From Octopus sinensis (Eukaryota), in NCBI RefSeq assembly GCF_006345805.1, contig NC_043005.1:2294001-2358000 (forward strand): a stretch of 64,000 nt of DNA, in the 5' to 3' direction. Below, one piece after another: positions 42,297-56,989 of this stretch (positions are counted from its first letter, which is position 1; the number at the start of each line of letters is the position of its first letter). Position numbers and translations under genes: made by a program. The notes below the pieces were generated by a model, which worked only from the letters and a program-made list of their open reading frames with translations, was not told the origin of the DNA and ran no database searches.

Positions 42297-43296
42297 TGTA
42301 GTTGTGTGAGTGTCTGTCCCCTTCGATTTAGATTCCTAACTACTCCCACATTTGGCGGTGCAGTTTAACCAAATTCGGGTATCTTATAGTCGTGATTCAT
42401 ATCGAGCCCGTCTGGCTATTAGCGCGCGTCTACGATGAGTCTACGATTTTAAAAATAATTTAACATCATTTTTTATTCCATTTTAATGCATATTTTTTCG
42501 TGTGTCGATGGCGGCGGAGTTGGCGTCCACGCTCACACCTGCACCTGTTTGCTTCTCCCCCTTCTTCCCTCCCTCGTGAAGCTGTGGGGAAGGGTGTGTA
42601 AGGAAATCAACGTCGTAATGCGTTGTCAAGGAGACCAGCGTTCTTTTAGAACAACGACTTCATGGCTTGAAGTCGCCAAAACAGAAATCGCTAAAAAAGC
42701 TGAAACAGATCCACAAAAACGGCAAAAACCGCCACACAGGGCAGGTTTCCTGTGCAAACAATTTGCACAACCGAATGTTTTACTTGTTGCACAAATCTTT
42801 ATATATAAAAGTAAGGTTGTGTGTCTGTCTCCTACGATTTAGATTCCTAACTACTCCCACATTTTGCGGTGCAGTGTAACCAAAACTGGGTATCTTATAG
42901 TCGTGATTCATATTGAGCCCTTCTGGGTATTAACGCGCGTCTACGATGAGTCTACGATTTAAAAAAAAATTTACCATCATTTTTTTATTCCATTTTAATG
43001 CATTTTTCGCTATTATATAAGGGAAGTAACTCTCTAAAAATGTCTACGATGAGTCAACGATTAAAAAAAATTTACCATCATTTTTTATTCCATTTTAATG
43101 CATTTTTCGCTATTATATAAGGGAAGTAACTCTCTAAAAATGTCTACGATGAGTCAACGATTTAAAAAAAAATTACCATAATTTTTTATTCCATTTTTAA
43201 TGCATTTTTTGCTATTTTTTTTGCTATAACTCACTAAAAATGCTTATATAGTTATTTCTCTTACAAACCCGAGCAACGCCGGGCGATACTGCTAGT
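42290..43296 (-). mobile_element. HINE-type element with internal tandem duplications
   Basis: Minus strand starts ACTAGCagtatcgCCCGGcgttgctCGGG. Unit tctacgatgagtctacgattt...ccattttaatgcatttt occurs four times (~42430, 42941, 43043, 43142). Confidence 0.7.
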
Positions 43297-43364
43297 ATAT
43301 ATATATATAATATGCATAGCCATTCCCTATATAGACAGACATACACGCATACACACATACATAC

Positions 43365-44495
43365 ATTGATAGGAAAGCCCGAAAAATACTAAGCACACAT
43401 AATTTCCACATCAACAGGTTCGTAGACCGCCTCAACCTAAAACGAAAACATAGTAGCAGAGGCTTAACATCGATTCAAAATGCCTTTGAATGTCATATCA
43501 TATCCCTTCAGCAACATCTTTTAACCACTAAGTGTTGAAGTGCATCTCTTGACCGAGTTTCTATACATGAGGCTGATAATATCATAAGACTTGGAAGGCA
43601 TCTGGTTGAGCAACACTCTTTGTCTAATAACCAAGAATACATGCCCAAAGTAGTCTCACGACTCTACCGCAACGTATCATCAGATGAAAGAATGAGTCTA
43701 TATGAGCAGGAGACTATGCATGGATATGTCAGTAGAAAACTTTGTGATGATAGTAACATAGATCATCAAAACAGTTTATCAAGGACGAACAGCCGGATTA
43801 CTACCTCCCACTTTGAAGGGTATGCGTTTGCAATCTAGAAACAGGAAATATCAACCAAGTACCTGATGCACAAAAGGGATAGAGATATAGGAAAAGCCGT
43901 AAAATGTGACAATCTATGTAGAATTTGTGGAATTAACGCCGAAGATATCACCCACATCATAAGCAGATGTCCGAAAATGTCATCACGGTTTTATACCGAT
44001 GAGACATGTTGTTGCAGCTAGGACACTCTATTATGAAATCCGTTGGAAGAATAATCCCGTGGACAAAGAAATAACAACCCACAGTATGGTAGAGGCCATA
44101 GCCACTCATAATGGAAAGGAATACTGGTAGACTGTACCAGTGAAGACCTCAATAAAAAGTAAGTACAACAGGCCTGATATAATGATTTGGGATAGAGAAG
44201 AGAAACTGTGCACAGCTGTCCAGTGGATGTTAACATAAAGCTGAAGATCAGTGAAACAGAGAACACCTATGTTGAACTATTGAGAAATCTGCAGTTATTC
44301 TATCCGGATTACCAGTTCAGCTTTTTATCTGTATTTATTGGGGCCCTGGGTTATGTAACACACTGCCTAAATATCAATCTTGAGAAATTAGGCTTCTCAA
44401 AACCAGAAAAGAGAAAGCTAATTCGAAGACTATACATACAATCCCTCACTGGAAATGTAAAAATCTGTAAAACTTCCCAGAAATTTATCATTTAA
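43365..44495 (+). pseudogene. R4/Dong-like RLE retrotransposon 3' fragment, same family as 22600-25815
   Basis: Aligns to 24940-25800. CRICG..EDITHIISRCPKM zinc knuckle, NRPDIMIWDREE, IGALGYV. Stop at 44493-44495. Confidence 0.88.
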
Positions 44496-44793
44496 ATATA
44501 TGTGAACGTGTCTAGATATGCATACATACATACACACATACACACACACACACACATACATACATACACAGACACACACACACACACACACATACATACA
44601 TACATACAAACATACATACACACACACACATACATACATACATGCAAACAAAATCCCCTTTTATTGATGTTGAAATTCCAATGAAAGAACTTTGGATCAA
44701 GGTTGAAACTGGTTCTTTCTCTATTGGCAGGAAATCTCGAAATAAAATGAATAACGATATGCATACATACATATGTGTATACATACATACATG

Positions 44794-44863
<70 letters not shown>

Positions 44864-45074
44864 TATATATATATATATGTATGTATGTATGTATTATGTA
44901 TGTATGTATGTATGTATGCATGTATGTGTATATATATATATATACGGTTTATGTAATTGAGATTCAAGTGAGTTCTAATGAATTCACATGAATATGGTCT
45001 TTAACTAGGATGCACCGGAAATCTATATGGTGTTAACCATACGACAAGTGGGGTGATTACAAATAGGAAAAAAG

Positions 45075-45127
<53 letters not shown>

Positions 45128-45131
<4 letters not shown>

Positions 45132-45260
45132 GGCACAGGCGTGTCTGTTGTAGTAAAAAGCTTGCTTCCCCACCACATGGACTCGCGTTCAGTCCCACTG
45201 CGTGATGCCTTGGGCACGTGTCTTCTATTATAGCCTCTGGCCAACCAATAAAAGAGTATA
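45128..45260 (+). mobile_element. SINE family 1 head
   Basis: Matches 2731-2850. Confidence 0.7.
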
Positions 45261-45319
45261 AATATATATATAACGATTCATTTTGCTCGCATCAACCACT
45301 TTATACTATATTTATGTAC

Positions 45320-45375
<56 letters not shown>

Positions 45376-45599
45376 TGGCTGCGTTGCACTATCAGAAATA
45401 TAGATTTTTCGGCTAGTGAAGTAATACTGCTGAAAGCATAATAGTTACTAAGAGGTATCGGGGGTTTTGCAGCTATTGTATGGGGAATAACTGTGATTAT
45501 CTTAAATTATTGATCATTTCCCTATCGTTGATCAATTCTAGATTTCGTCGGCACAAGACAGAATTCTCATGTGTTACCATCAACAACGAAATCTTTACC

Positions 45600-46770
45600 G
45601 TTTATATCTCTCTCTATATAAACGGCAGTTTGTCTGTCTGTGTGTCTGTGTGTCTGTCAGGTTGTACCCTCACCCTGACCACGGCTTTCAACCTATTCTG
45701 ATGAAACTTGACACACACATAGCCCAATGTCATAATTCAAAACTAACGCAGCGAAAATTTTTAAAAATTCCCCCAGTTCTGAAAAAATCGATAAATTCGA
45801 CATGGGGTCGAGAATCTAAGCTTTTTATATGCAACACATTTTCTGTTGTAGTTTTCGCAACTTCCAATCGATTTTCACCAAACTCATGGTGAAGCTTAAT
45901 GTTGCCCTAAGAAACTTAATTCTGACGTTAGTTTTCCATGCAATACCTTACCATCAGAAAAAATCGATAAAATCATGCCATTTTGGGAAATCGCGTTCAA
46001 CTTCAAGATGACATATTTTCGAGAATATCTTTCACAAATTGGCATGAATTTTTTTTTAAATTCACAGCGAGCATCATGTCTGCTCCAAGGAGCTATATGG
46101 CCCTTTTTATTCCAATAGGATACTTTATAACTGGAAAAAATCGGTTAATTAAATCCTATGTGGCACACATAGCAAACCGATTTGTGTATTAAACACAAAC
46201 CACAGACTGTCTAGGGGACGCAACTCGACCTTTTTAAATCTCGGAACACGTGGGGTAAGTATTCCAAAATGTATAGAAATGTACAAAAATGGCAAAAAAG
46301 TGGGCAGCAATGTGAGTGACAACAACGAAAAAGTCAAAAGTGACCAAACTGAACAAACGAATGGAAAAGGTTTCTTGGTGCACACGACAAAAGCGGTTTA
46401 TAATAAACCAAGAGTTTGCAAGTAGCGTCCGAGGACTCTTATGGTACGTCAAAAATTTAAGGTAAAACGTTTGGGGTGGTAGCTATAAAGAAAGTTTAAA
46501 CAAAATAAGTATTCGAATAACTTGCGGCTGCAGCAGCTATTAGCAGAAGTGGCGGTGTTGGGGGTAAAGTCTCGAATGTAATTTCTTCCTGGTAGGAATT
46601 GGTTGGGTTGAATTATTGATAGCTGTTTGATAGTTATTTGGGAGTGAAGAGAAGACATTGCAAACTACACATGCGCCTTCGTTCCCTAAAGGGAAAGGAC
46701 TAGATTGGGATTGGTCGTTGCCTACTAGGGGCTCTTACATACCCGGGCAACGCCGGGCTATGCTGCTAGT
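45600..46770 (-). mobile_element. HINE-type element, ~1.17 kb
   Basis: Minus strand starts ACTAGCagcatagCCCGGcgttgccCGGG and ends acagacaaactgccgtttatatagagagag. Confidence 0.7.
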
Positions 46771-47374
46771 TCAAGGATAAAACTTTACGGAATCCACTTT
46801 AAAGAATCTGAAGCGCAGGGAGAGTCCAAAACATCATCAAGGATTGTTGAGATGTGCAAAATCCAAAAAACTGAAGAATGAAAAGATTTTTATAAAATAT
46901 TCGGTAAATAAACAGAAAATATAAAATTGGAATCGTGAATATTTTCTCGAGAGAAAGTTGATAAATACTTATTCCAAAGAATATAGCAGAGGTGCTTTTA
47001 TATAGTTCAAAGGATAACTATGGAAAAAAGTAGGAATTTTAAAGAGATGAGTATTTCAACAGAATAATTGTAATATTTGGTATGAAAAAATGGTGGTGGA
47101 AGCGATATCAGGTTGTAAAAGGGAAAATTGTTTAAAAAAACATTTAAAATTTAGTCATCAAGTTGATTCGTTAAGAATCGCTAATCTGACAAGAGATATT
47201 TTTATAGATTGAAGAGGTAACTTTTTTCGAAATGAAGAGTTGGCATATCACGCAAAAAATGAATATTTATGGTGATAACTTCGGCCAACTTTCAATAACC
47301 TCTTCAGAAAACACACACACACACACATCTGTCTGTCTGTTTGTCTGTTAATGTTCTGTCTCACTCACTCTTAG

Positions 47375-47436
<62 letters not shown>

Positions 47437-47579
47437 TAATATATATATATATATATACATACATATACACACACACACATATATATATACACACACACAC
47501 ATATATATATATATACATAATTATAAATATATATGTATATATATATGTATGTATATATACATATACTTATGTATATATG

Positions 47580-48310
47580 TGTGTGTAAGTATATATACTT
47601 ACACACACCCACGCACACTCCTTCCTACTCAACAAGCACACACCAACACCCACGCCTCCCAACTCCCACCACCTATCACCTCTGTTCTACCTCGCACCTT
47701 CATCCTGTTCGACCCACACACATCCCCCTACAACACACACACATATACGTCAGGTAGCCTCACGCACAAATGCAAGCGACCTAAAACACATATACATACG
47801 CACAAATAGAATATACACACATTATACACCAGCAGCCCCATATACACACACCAACTGATAACAGACACACGCACACTCACTCACATAATACACAAGCATA
47901 AATACACATAATAAACATGCACACACACTTTATACACACACACTTTATACACACACACGTTATACACACATACACACGCGCATATGTCTGACAGCCTCTT
48001 ACACAAACCTAAAAAACGAAATTAGACCATTCACACACATACACATCCTACTCACACAAAGCATATACGCACACATTAGCTGCTACATACACGCGATTGC
48101 AGACACATACACACATCCCATAACCTCACACACACGCATACGTTAGACAGCACACACGCACGCGTACTTGTGCACTTACACGTTTACATAACCTTCATAC
48201 TCAAACACATCCTTGCTATATGCACACATACTCAGGCGCTCATCCATACACACATACACACACATACACATTATTCTCACATATATACATATTTGCGCAT
48301 GCACGCTTAG
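47580..48310. repeat. Degenerate CA-rich low-complexity tract
   Basis: Directly visible. Confidence 0.8.
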
Positions 48311-48634
48311 CTAGGTCGTTGTTGTCTCCCTTGCTTCCGGTCAATTGAACATATGTAACCATTAATCAAGACACGTTTTCCGTACAAGAGCATAGGCACG
48401 AAACGTCAAAGAATTCGTGCATTTTTTCTAAGCGTCAAACAATAATACGCCTTGTTTGTTGTTCCTTCACCTGTCTCTGCTATTTTACACAATTTTGAAC
48501 TACACACACATATACACACACAAACACACACACACACACACACGTGTATAAATGGATTTATTGAAACAAACATACATAGAATTATATAAGCATGTATATG
48601 TATGCGTGAATCCGCACGCACACCCACACGTACA

Positions 48635-49015
48635 TTCATTCGTGGCACTCCGTCGGTTGCAACGACGAGGGTTCCAGTTGATCCGATCAACGGAACAGCC
48701 TGCTCGTGAAATTAATGTGCAAGTGGCTGAGCACTCCACAGACACGTGTACCCTTAATGTGATTCTCAGGGAGATTCAGCGTGACAAGGCTGGCCCTTTG
48801 AAATACAAGTACAACAGAAACAGGAAGAAGAATGAATGAGAGAAAGTTGTGGTGAAAGAGTACAGCAGGATTTGCCATCATCCTCTGCCGGAGCCTCGTG
48901 CACCTTTAGGTGTTTTCGCTCAATAAACACTCACAACGTCCGGTGTGGGAATCGAAACCGCGATACTGCGACCGCAAGTCCGCTGCCCTAACCACCGGGC
49001 CATTGCGTCTCCACT
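48635..49015 (-). mobile_element. SINE family 3 3' part (48635-48820) and a tRNA-like SINE head (48885-49015)
   Basis: Homology to 30590-30760; reverse complement contains gcggtttcgattcccacacc B-box. Confidence 0.65.
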
Positions 49016-49030
49016 ACACGTACATACATA

Positions 49031-49158
<128 letters not shown>

Positions 49159-49319
49159 TATATATTATATGTGTGTGTATATATATTATATATACATAGA
49201 CATATAATATATATACATATAAACTTAGATAAACTTAGATATGTTTCGACCAAAGATTGGTCCAGTCCATGTCTAACTTAATAGCACCACCTGAAAGGAT
49301 TATTTGAATCCTGTTTAGG

Positions 49320-52293
49320 TCAAGTTTTGTTTATGGTCGATTCAAGTAGTGAGTTTTTGTTGAGTGAATTGTATCCAATTATGGGTGGCTTATCTGGTAT
49401 TCCTTGAAGGAATCTATCCAGACTCCGTTTAAAGTTGATGGGATGCTTTTCCTCTTTGATCTCTTTCGGGGCAATGTTAAATAGGGCAGGGCCTGTTGAG
49501 GAAAAGAAATTATGTTGCAGTGTACATATATGCTGTGATCTTGAATTGGGCAGGGGACGTATGGCCCGTGGTCCCAGTCTTGGATGAACCTTGAAGCTAA
49601 TGTTCAGGTCGTTTTGGCAAAGTTGGCGGTATATTCTCCACATCGTACAAATGATGTACCGCTCACGGCGACGCTGGAGAGGGTAGAGTTTCAAGGCTTT
49701 AAGGCGGTCCCAATAATCGAGAGCAGCCATGCCTTCAATTCGTTTAGTGAGTGCCCTCGGGGGTGATTCAATCCTCAAGATGTTTTGTCTTGTATGGGGA
49801 GACCACAGTGGGAAGCAGTATTCGAGGTGTGGCCGTACGAGCTTCTTGTTGATGTGTGCACCCCAACCGAGATCGTCATCAACAATTACACCCAGGTCTC
49901 TGATATTGTTAGAGGCTGTGAGCGGTTCCCCTGAAGGAAGAGAGTATGGCTGTGTTAGTGAGGAAGTTCTTCCAAAATGCATCAGCTCAAATTTTCCCTC
50001 GTTTAGTTGCATTTTGTTTCTGTCTGCCCATTGACTCATAGCATATAGATCAGACTGGAGTTGAGTTCGGTCTGCTTCTTCATTGACGATTTGCTGGAGC
50101 TTAGTGTCATCACCAAATATTTTTACTTTGCAGTAATGTACGACACTGGAAAGGTCGTTTATGTAAATTATAAAGAGTAGCGGGGGACACCACTGGTGAC
50201 TTTTGCTGGGCTTGAGTGGACTCCATCAACTACATGTTGTGTTCTATTCGCCAGGAAATACTTAATCCAGTGTAGAACTTTTCCACGGATTCCAACATTT
50301 GCCAATTTTGAGAGTAGGATATTATGGTCAACCCTGTCGAACGCTTTACTGAAGTCAAGATATATGACATCAGAGTTCGAACCTGTTCCCAAGGCTTTGA
50401 GTATATGTTCAATGTGGTGTAAGAGCTGTGTTAGACAGTCCCTGCCACAGCGAAAGCCATGCTGATTTGCACTTAGGAGTTTGGGGGTCTCCAGGAAGTC
50501 AGCTATCCTTGATCTTAACACTCTTTCAAACACTTTAATGATGTGGGAGGTGAGTGAGATTGGGCGATAGTTGACTGCGAGGGATCTGTTTCCCTGTTTG
50601 AAAACCGGGATGACAGACTGGGATAGAAACTGTTTCGGTATATAACCTGCGTCTAACGAATTTCTCCAGAGGTTGGTCCGAGGGACTGCAAGTTGATATC
50701 TACATTCCTTCAGGAGACTAGCGGGAAATCTATCAGGGCCTACAGCAGAATAGTATTTGACCTAATTTATTGCTGCTATGATGTCAGAGGCAGTGAAGGT
50801 TATGTCTGAGATTTTATGTTGGGAGTCAACTTCGTTCGCTTCTCTTGCGTCAATATCAGTGGGAACACTAAAGACAGAGCAGTATTGTTTCTGCAGTATT
50901 TCTGCCATTTCTTTAGCATCGTGTTGGGGAATGCCGTTTTCATCAATCAATGGCCCAATGGGTGAGACAGTGGTTCTATGCTTATTTGCATAAGAATAGA
51001 ACACTTTTGGGTTATGTTTGATGTTTTTGATTACCCACTGTTCCTCCACAGCTCTTTGATTTTCAATGGAGGTTTTCATGTCGGTCTGCAGATGAAGTTT
51101 TTCAAACTTTAGCCTTTTCATTGTTGATGAACGTGGATGTTGTGTGAGGGAATATTTTAACTGGTTGATTTTTTTATTGAGTTTTTTGATGCGCCTGATG
51201 AGTGTTTTTTTTTTCTTTTTAGGGAGCCGGTTTCTGTTTGTGTTAGTAGATTTCGTAGGAGCGTGTTTAGAGCATGTATAGGTGACAATGTTCTCAAAGT
51301 GCTGCCATGCGGTCTCAATTTGGGTGGAATTGAGAGTAAAAGACCAGTCGATGAAAGACAGATCCTTTCTGATTGCTCCCCAGTCCGCTTTGTGGAAGTT
51401 TATGTTGTCAAATGAGTGCCATGGAGTGGGATTGGCTGGTTTGGTTTTTAAATGTCGAGAATTAAAATTGCAGAGTACCATGTCGTGGTCTGAGAGGAGA
51501 GTTTTTTCAACTGAAATACTGTGAATGAAGCTAGAGTGGTTGGTTAATATTAGATCCAAGATCGTTTTATTCTGTCTTGTTGGTTCGAGCACTAGCTGAG
51601 TCAGGAAGAATTTATCCATTAGATTAAAGAGTAATTCTGCTGCTGCTCTATCTGATGTAGAGCATTTGCCTAACTTCAGAGTATTTGTGGGCCAGTTTAT
51701 ATGAGGGAGGTTAAAATCACCCATCATTAGTATGTTTCCGGAGTTGTAATTTTGAAGGAAGGACTTGATTTTTTAAGGTACTCTTAAAACACTTTAGAGG
51801 GCTTGGGGAGGCGTGTAAAGACCAACAATGATTATGTCTTGGCCTTGTTGAATAGTGATATAGATTCACAATAGCCATTGGAAAATATGTCCTTGGCATC
51901 AAGTGAAAAGGAGTCATGGATAAAGATGGCTGTCCCTCCCTTATTTCGGTCTGTGCGATCCGCACGAACAATGGTGAAATCTTTTATTTTCACCTCGGCG
52001 TCCATATGGGTGTTGTTCAGGTGAGTCTCGGTAAGGATAAAGAAAGGGAAGCCATGTGCCGTTTCGGCAAGCCAACTCTCTATATATGGGATCTTCCATT
52101 TTTGGGCAATGATTGATGGGTTGATGCCACGTACATTTAACAGGAATGTCGAGGTAAGGGTAGTTTGATGTTTGCATTGTTCTAAGTTATGTTTTATGTT
52201 GATCAGTGGTAAAAATGTGGGTAGTTTTTGTATGGAGCTGTGTGTGTGTGATTTTCTTGTTGGTAGTGGGTGTGTGGTCCTTGTGATTTGCAT
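49320..52293 (-). pseudogene. LINE ORF2 (APE + RT), disrupted
   Basis: LNVRG, LTETHL, GDFNLP, SDHD, YLDFSKAFDRVDH, FGDD. Frameshift ~51835, TAG at 50762-50764, ~20 nt deletion removing QGTVLG at ~50180. Confidence 0.93.
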
Positions 52294-53497
52294 AAATGGT
52301 TGCTGATAGCTCGTTGGATCTCCTGGCTTAGGTCGGCCTTCATATTTTCTAGATAAGCCAGTAAAAAAGAGTTGCCTCTTTGGTTTGCCACTTGGTCAGA
52401 GGATACATAGTTCATGTTTATGTTATTTGGTGTTATGGTTTTTTCATGGTTCTGTCTTCGTTGTTTGATTGTAGGAGGTGAAATGTGGTTGTATTTTGTT
52501 TTTATTGTCGTAGAACTCCTCTGTTGCTGTTTATATTTATTTTGCAATCGTTTTGTGCCCTTCAGATAGTGGTGGTTGCATTCTGGGTTCAGGCATATCC
52601 TTAGTGACACAGAAGTTTGGCACAGTTTAGGATGGAAGAAGGTGCATTCATTGCCTTTTGTGCATCCATATTTGGGATCAGGACCATGGACTCTGTATTT
52701 AGGACAGTATTTGGGGTGGAGGTGAGGGCAGTTATTTCCCGTTATACCATATGGACAGGTGCCCTTAACAAGCCTACGACATAAGGTAGGATGGAAAAAA
52801 GCACAGCGTCCCGTGTTGCTGGTGCCGCTGGGGCCAAATCTACAGTTGCATTGAGAATGGTAACAACAGAGTATTTGACGTGGGTGTAGTAGAGGTTTTT
52901 TTATTCTGGTAGGCTCGTTGGTCAGTGGTCCTATTGTAGTAGCAGTAGCAGAGTGTTGTTGTTGTTGTTGCTGTAACAGCAGTGAAACTTGACTTGCAAC
53001 AGTAGGTCTGGGTGGAATCGGGTCAGATACTGGTGCCAAACAAGGTGATTCCAATGTAGTAGCAGAAGCAGACTGTTGAGTTTTGATAGTGAGTCCTGGC
53101 TTGCCAAGATAGTGTTGGGTGGAATTAGGTCATATAGCGATATCAATGAGGATGTTGTTTGTTGCTGGCTATCGGGTCGTTAAAGCGACCCCTGACCTGT
53201 TGGAGTTGGGTCATTTGGTGCACTACATTCATTGACAAGTATGGCTTTTAGTGTTGCCATGTGCGTGTGGAAAATAGGAAATGCTCTTACGATCTCTTTT
53301 ATTTTATTTTCGATCTGTTTTACAGATCTGTAAAAGGATTGTTTTGCTAACTTTTCAGCGATTTTACTGTAAACATTAGCTTTTACACAATCGTTATGGT
53401 GAGTGTAGCAAGCGTTTATCAGTGAACTGATTTCATTTTCAACCCAGTGGCGTTTTGGAATATTATTGGCCATATTCAGTGGGACAGTATTATACAC
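52203..53497 (-). pseudogene. LINE ORF1: Myb/SANT-like domain plus four CCCH-type fingers, split by one stop and one frameshift
   Basis: KRHWVENEISSLINACY...YSKIAEKLAKQSFYRSVKQIENKIKEI. Fingers end in CAFFH, CPHLH, CTFFH and CNHHY and are linked by HP(T/K)(L/Y)C. Confidence 0.82.
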
Positions 53498-53927
53498 TGT
53501 ATGTCAGTTATTGATGGCTTGGCGTATAATAGTGAATGCACCGTTGAAAAGTTTGTGTCGATATATTCGGAAATGCGTGGCTATATCTGGGTGTGTGTGG
53601 GAGAGTTCAGTGTATTTAGTACAAATCAGGATGAGCGGTGTGTTTAATACAAATCAAGAGAAAAGAATTGTACTCACGGGACTAGTTTTAGAACTAGTCT
53701 TGGGTTTAGTTTTAGTTTATATTTCTTTCTCCCAAGGTTGTATATAAATTTGTATAAATTTATCCTCCGATGGTAGTAAAATAGTAGAATAGTAGAATTC
53801 AAAAGTTCTGTGACTAAAAACAAGAAAGAAGTTTCGCTGGCTTGAGTTGAAATATGCTTCTTTGGCTACTGACTTGACCGGAGCTATGAAAAAGTACGTC
53901 TTGTCACGACGAATGCTCACGATTATA

Positions 53928-53965
<38 letters not shown>

Positions 53966-53970
<5 letters not shown>

Positions 53971-54180
53971 TAATCCAAACATGAAAGCACAAAAAAACAC
54001 AACAACGCGAGGACGTGGAACAAATATAGTATTATTGGACGCTCAGGAAAGAAGGAAAGAAGGAGGGTTTAACGTTTCGAGCGGAGTTCTTCGTCGGAAA
54101 CATAGGAGAAGGAAAGATCCAGAGAAGGGAAGACAGAGGAAAAAAAATCGCCAACGGTACACACGTGGTCACGTGTCTTG
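53966..54180 (-). repeat. Second copy of the Penelope pLTR-like repeat with a minimal hammerhead motif
   Basis: Reverse complement of 54067-54101: gttt CCGACGA A gaac tcc gctc GAAA CG TT aaac. Homologous to 6570-6700. Confidence 0.65.
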
Positions 54181-54336
54181 AATGGCACAACAATGCAGAA
54201 TGGACCATAATAACTCTATAACTTATAAGTAATTTAATTCTTCATATTCTGATACAATGCTTCGGAATATAAAAAATCCTTCTTCAAACATTGCTAGAAA
54301 TTAATCGAATCACTGTTAGGTTAGACATAAGTAACA

Positions 54337-54572
54337 ATGGAACAAAATTCCTCATCGATGATAGTTGCTGTGGTTCCTTATGTCTAGGGAGGGAGGAGAG
54401 ATCCAATTTAATCGCGGATTCCTGAGGTAAATCCATGACCAAAAATTGTAATCTAACCATTCTCTCTGATCATGGATTTACCATAGGAATGCTTGATTGG
54501 ATCTCTCCCCACCTCTCTCTCTCTGGACATAAGGAACAACATCTATCATTGATGAGGAACTTTATTCCACTT
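54337..54572. repeat. Imperfect palindrome (MITE/fold-back-like)
   Basis: ggtaaatccatga/tcatggatttacc core; ttcctcatcgatgatag/ctatcattgatgaggaa arms. Confidence 0.7.
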
Positions 54573-54771
54573 CTACTCTCCCTGGTGGAGTTTTCGCTCG
54601 ACACGATATTCCAACACCTGGGATATCCCAGAAACAGCTGTTAGAGACTATTTCTACCTTTCATTATAAAGCTAAATTAAATTAAATATCCTTGTCAAGT
54701 ACTGTCAAATTGTTTGCCTTTCTTTTTTACTTTAAGTTATATATATTTTTTATTTGTGTGTGTGTGGTGTG

Positions 54772-54802
<31 letters not shown>

Positions 54803-55904
54803 TGTGTGGTGTGTGTGTGTGTATGTGTGTGAAGACACACAAACATATATTGTAAAAACACAAAACATTGGCGTATAGATTACACGGTTGAGTAAAGTTC
54901 CTCTGAACCGAATCTGAAAATTGGTTTCAATCCCCAACTGCGTATATCTAATTTCTTTCGTGATACTGAAAACATTGGTAAAGGGACGAACTTCGTAAAT
55001 CTACTTACAGTCTGTGGAAATCGGAAGTTCCATATTCTATCAAAAAACGGCAAAGAGAAGCAATTCTTGATGTATCACGTTCAAGTAGTTTGACATGTCA
55101 AGTGCATCTCCATCCAACCATCTTTAAAGTATTAGTGTCTGATGGAATGGCTATCAGAGATATGCCTTTCATATCAACTATATGTATTGTATGCTTTCTC
55201 ATCTATAAGAGAGTAAATGAAAAACTTAGATTATCTGAAATTGTTCATCCACTTTGTAATGATTAAAGAAGAAAATGTAAAAACAAACGAAGAAAATAAT
55301 AACTTTAATGATATCAACCAATCGAATGTTTTGTCAAAAAATAGATAAAGAAATAAACGATCAAAACATTTTTTTTAATTTGTAAAAGAATTCACTCAAC
55401 TTAATATAAAAGAAAAAATATATAAACTAATATCTTTACTAACACACACTAATAAAACATTCAGATACAATTGAATTTCAGCAAATTTTCAAATCTTTAC
55501 CAAACTTTCGGTTTTACTTTATATTTTAAAGAACAAGATTAACTATTGATTAATTGTTGTGTTCCAATGGAAAATTTTGCTCTCAATTTTCTTATAAAAC
55601 CCTAAAATATTTTTCTTTAAGATATTTGCTTTTCATGGAGAAGAAATCTGCGTGTAAAACACCGATTTCTATCGGAGATATCATCTGAAAGCCTGACCTG
55701 GTTCAAGAAACTTCATGACACCATGAATATATGCATACAATTATATATGCACACACATTTTCTAATTTACATATATATATATTATATTTTGTGAAATTTG
55801 ATTTAAAATTTCTAAATTGAAATTTTCCCTGTAAGTTGGGAATAATATTCCCTCATATTATATACCACATATATATATGGATATATATATTACATATACA
55901 TATA

Positions 55905-55980
<76 letters not shown>

Positions 55981-55983
<3 letters not shown>

Positions 55984-56206
55984 GAAATGAAGAAAATGCT
56001 GACAAAATAATTTAAGTAAGGGAGAGTGTATTTAATTAGGTGAAAGTTCTTTTACCCCAACACCAACTTCCATTCAAACATTCACGTGACCCCTTTATAA
56101 CGTGAATGTTTGAATGGAAGTTGGTGTTTGGGGTAAAGAACTTTCAACTAATTAAATACACTCTCCCTTACTTAAATTATTTTGTCAGCATTTTCTTCAT
56201 TTCCTT
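55981..56206. repeat. Near-perfect palindrome, ~107 bp arms, 12 nt loop
   Basis: 55981-56087 is the reverse complement of 56100-56206. Confidence 0.95.
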
Positions 56207-56309
56207 TTTTTATATATCACAACTCGTATTCCACATCTCCTTTTTTAAATATATATATATATATCTATATATAATATATATATATATAATATCATATATA
56301 TATATATAT

Positions 56310-56625
56310 ATAGTGAAGTTTATTTGCCAACATAACGTGGAAGTCCAACATGGGACTAGTTACTACTTTTTAACCCCCGGAAAGCATCTTTTCCAGCTGG
56401 TTTATCGACACTTGGTCTGTCCGAGATATACTGCAAGGGAAATTACCCAGAAACCATTGGTCAGCTGGTACTACTAACGGCTAGAAGTTAGTAGTAAGCC
56501 CCTTGCTTACAGTATGTCTCAGACACAGACCCTGTGCGGACAAACCAGCTGGAAAAGTTGTTTTCCTGGGGTTAAAAAATGTTTATTGTCTTATGCACGT
56601 TATGTTGGCAGTTACACTTTAATAT
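56310..56625. repeat. Imperfect ~315 bp palindrome (MITE-like)
   Basis: tgccaacataacgtg/cacgttatgttggca, ttttccagctggttt/aaaccagctggaaaa, and central tactactaac/gttagtagta. Confidence 0.85.
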
Positions 56626-56675
56626 TCAGGACTATTTCTACATCTCATTCACAGATTTAAAACTAGTTGTTCTCC

Positions 56676-56761
<86 letters not shown>

Positions 56762-56989
56762 ATATATATGCATATATATGTATCAAAAGAAAAAGAGGAC
56801 GCAAAGGTAACATATGTACCGCAAAATCCTTTGCGCCCTGTTTTTCTTTTGATACATATATCCTATCACCTATATAGGTGCTTACATTTATCAAGCATTC
56901 ACCCTGAATTTATATATGCATATATGTATATATATATATATACACACGCACACACACACACACACATATATATATTTATATATATATAT

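Larger units (their letters stand above)
49220..53920 (-). mobile_element. Full-length CR1/L2-group LINE (element 2), related to element 1 and more decayed
   Basis: ORF1 pieces at 53180-53497 and 52203-53054; APE 51832-52293 and 50762-51727; RT ~49320-50760; same tail type as element 1; (TA)n on both flanks. Confidence 0.92.

Noticed and set aside
42430-43210. Regularly recurring ~70 bp unit as a CRISPR-like array
   Set aside because: Eukaryotic context, no unique spacers; these are internal duplications of a HINE-type element.
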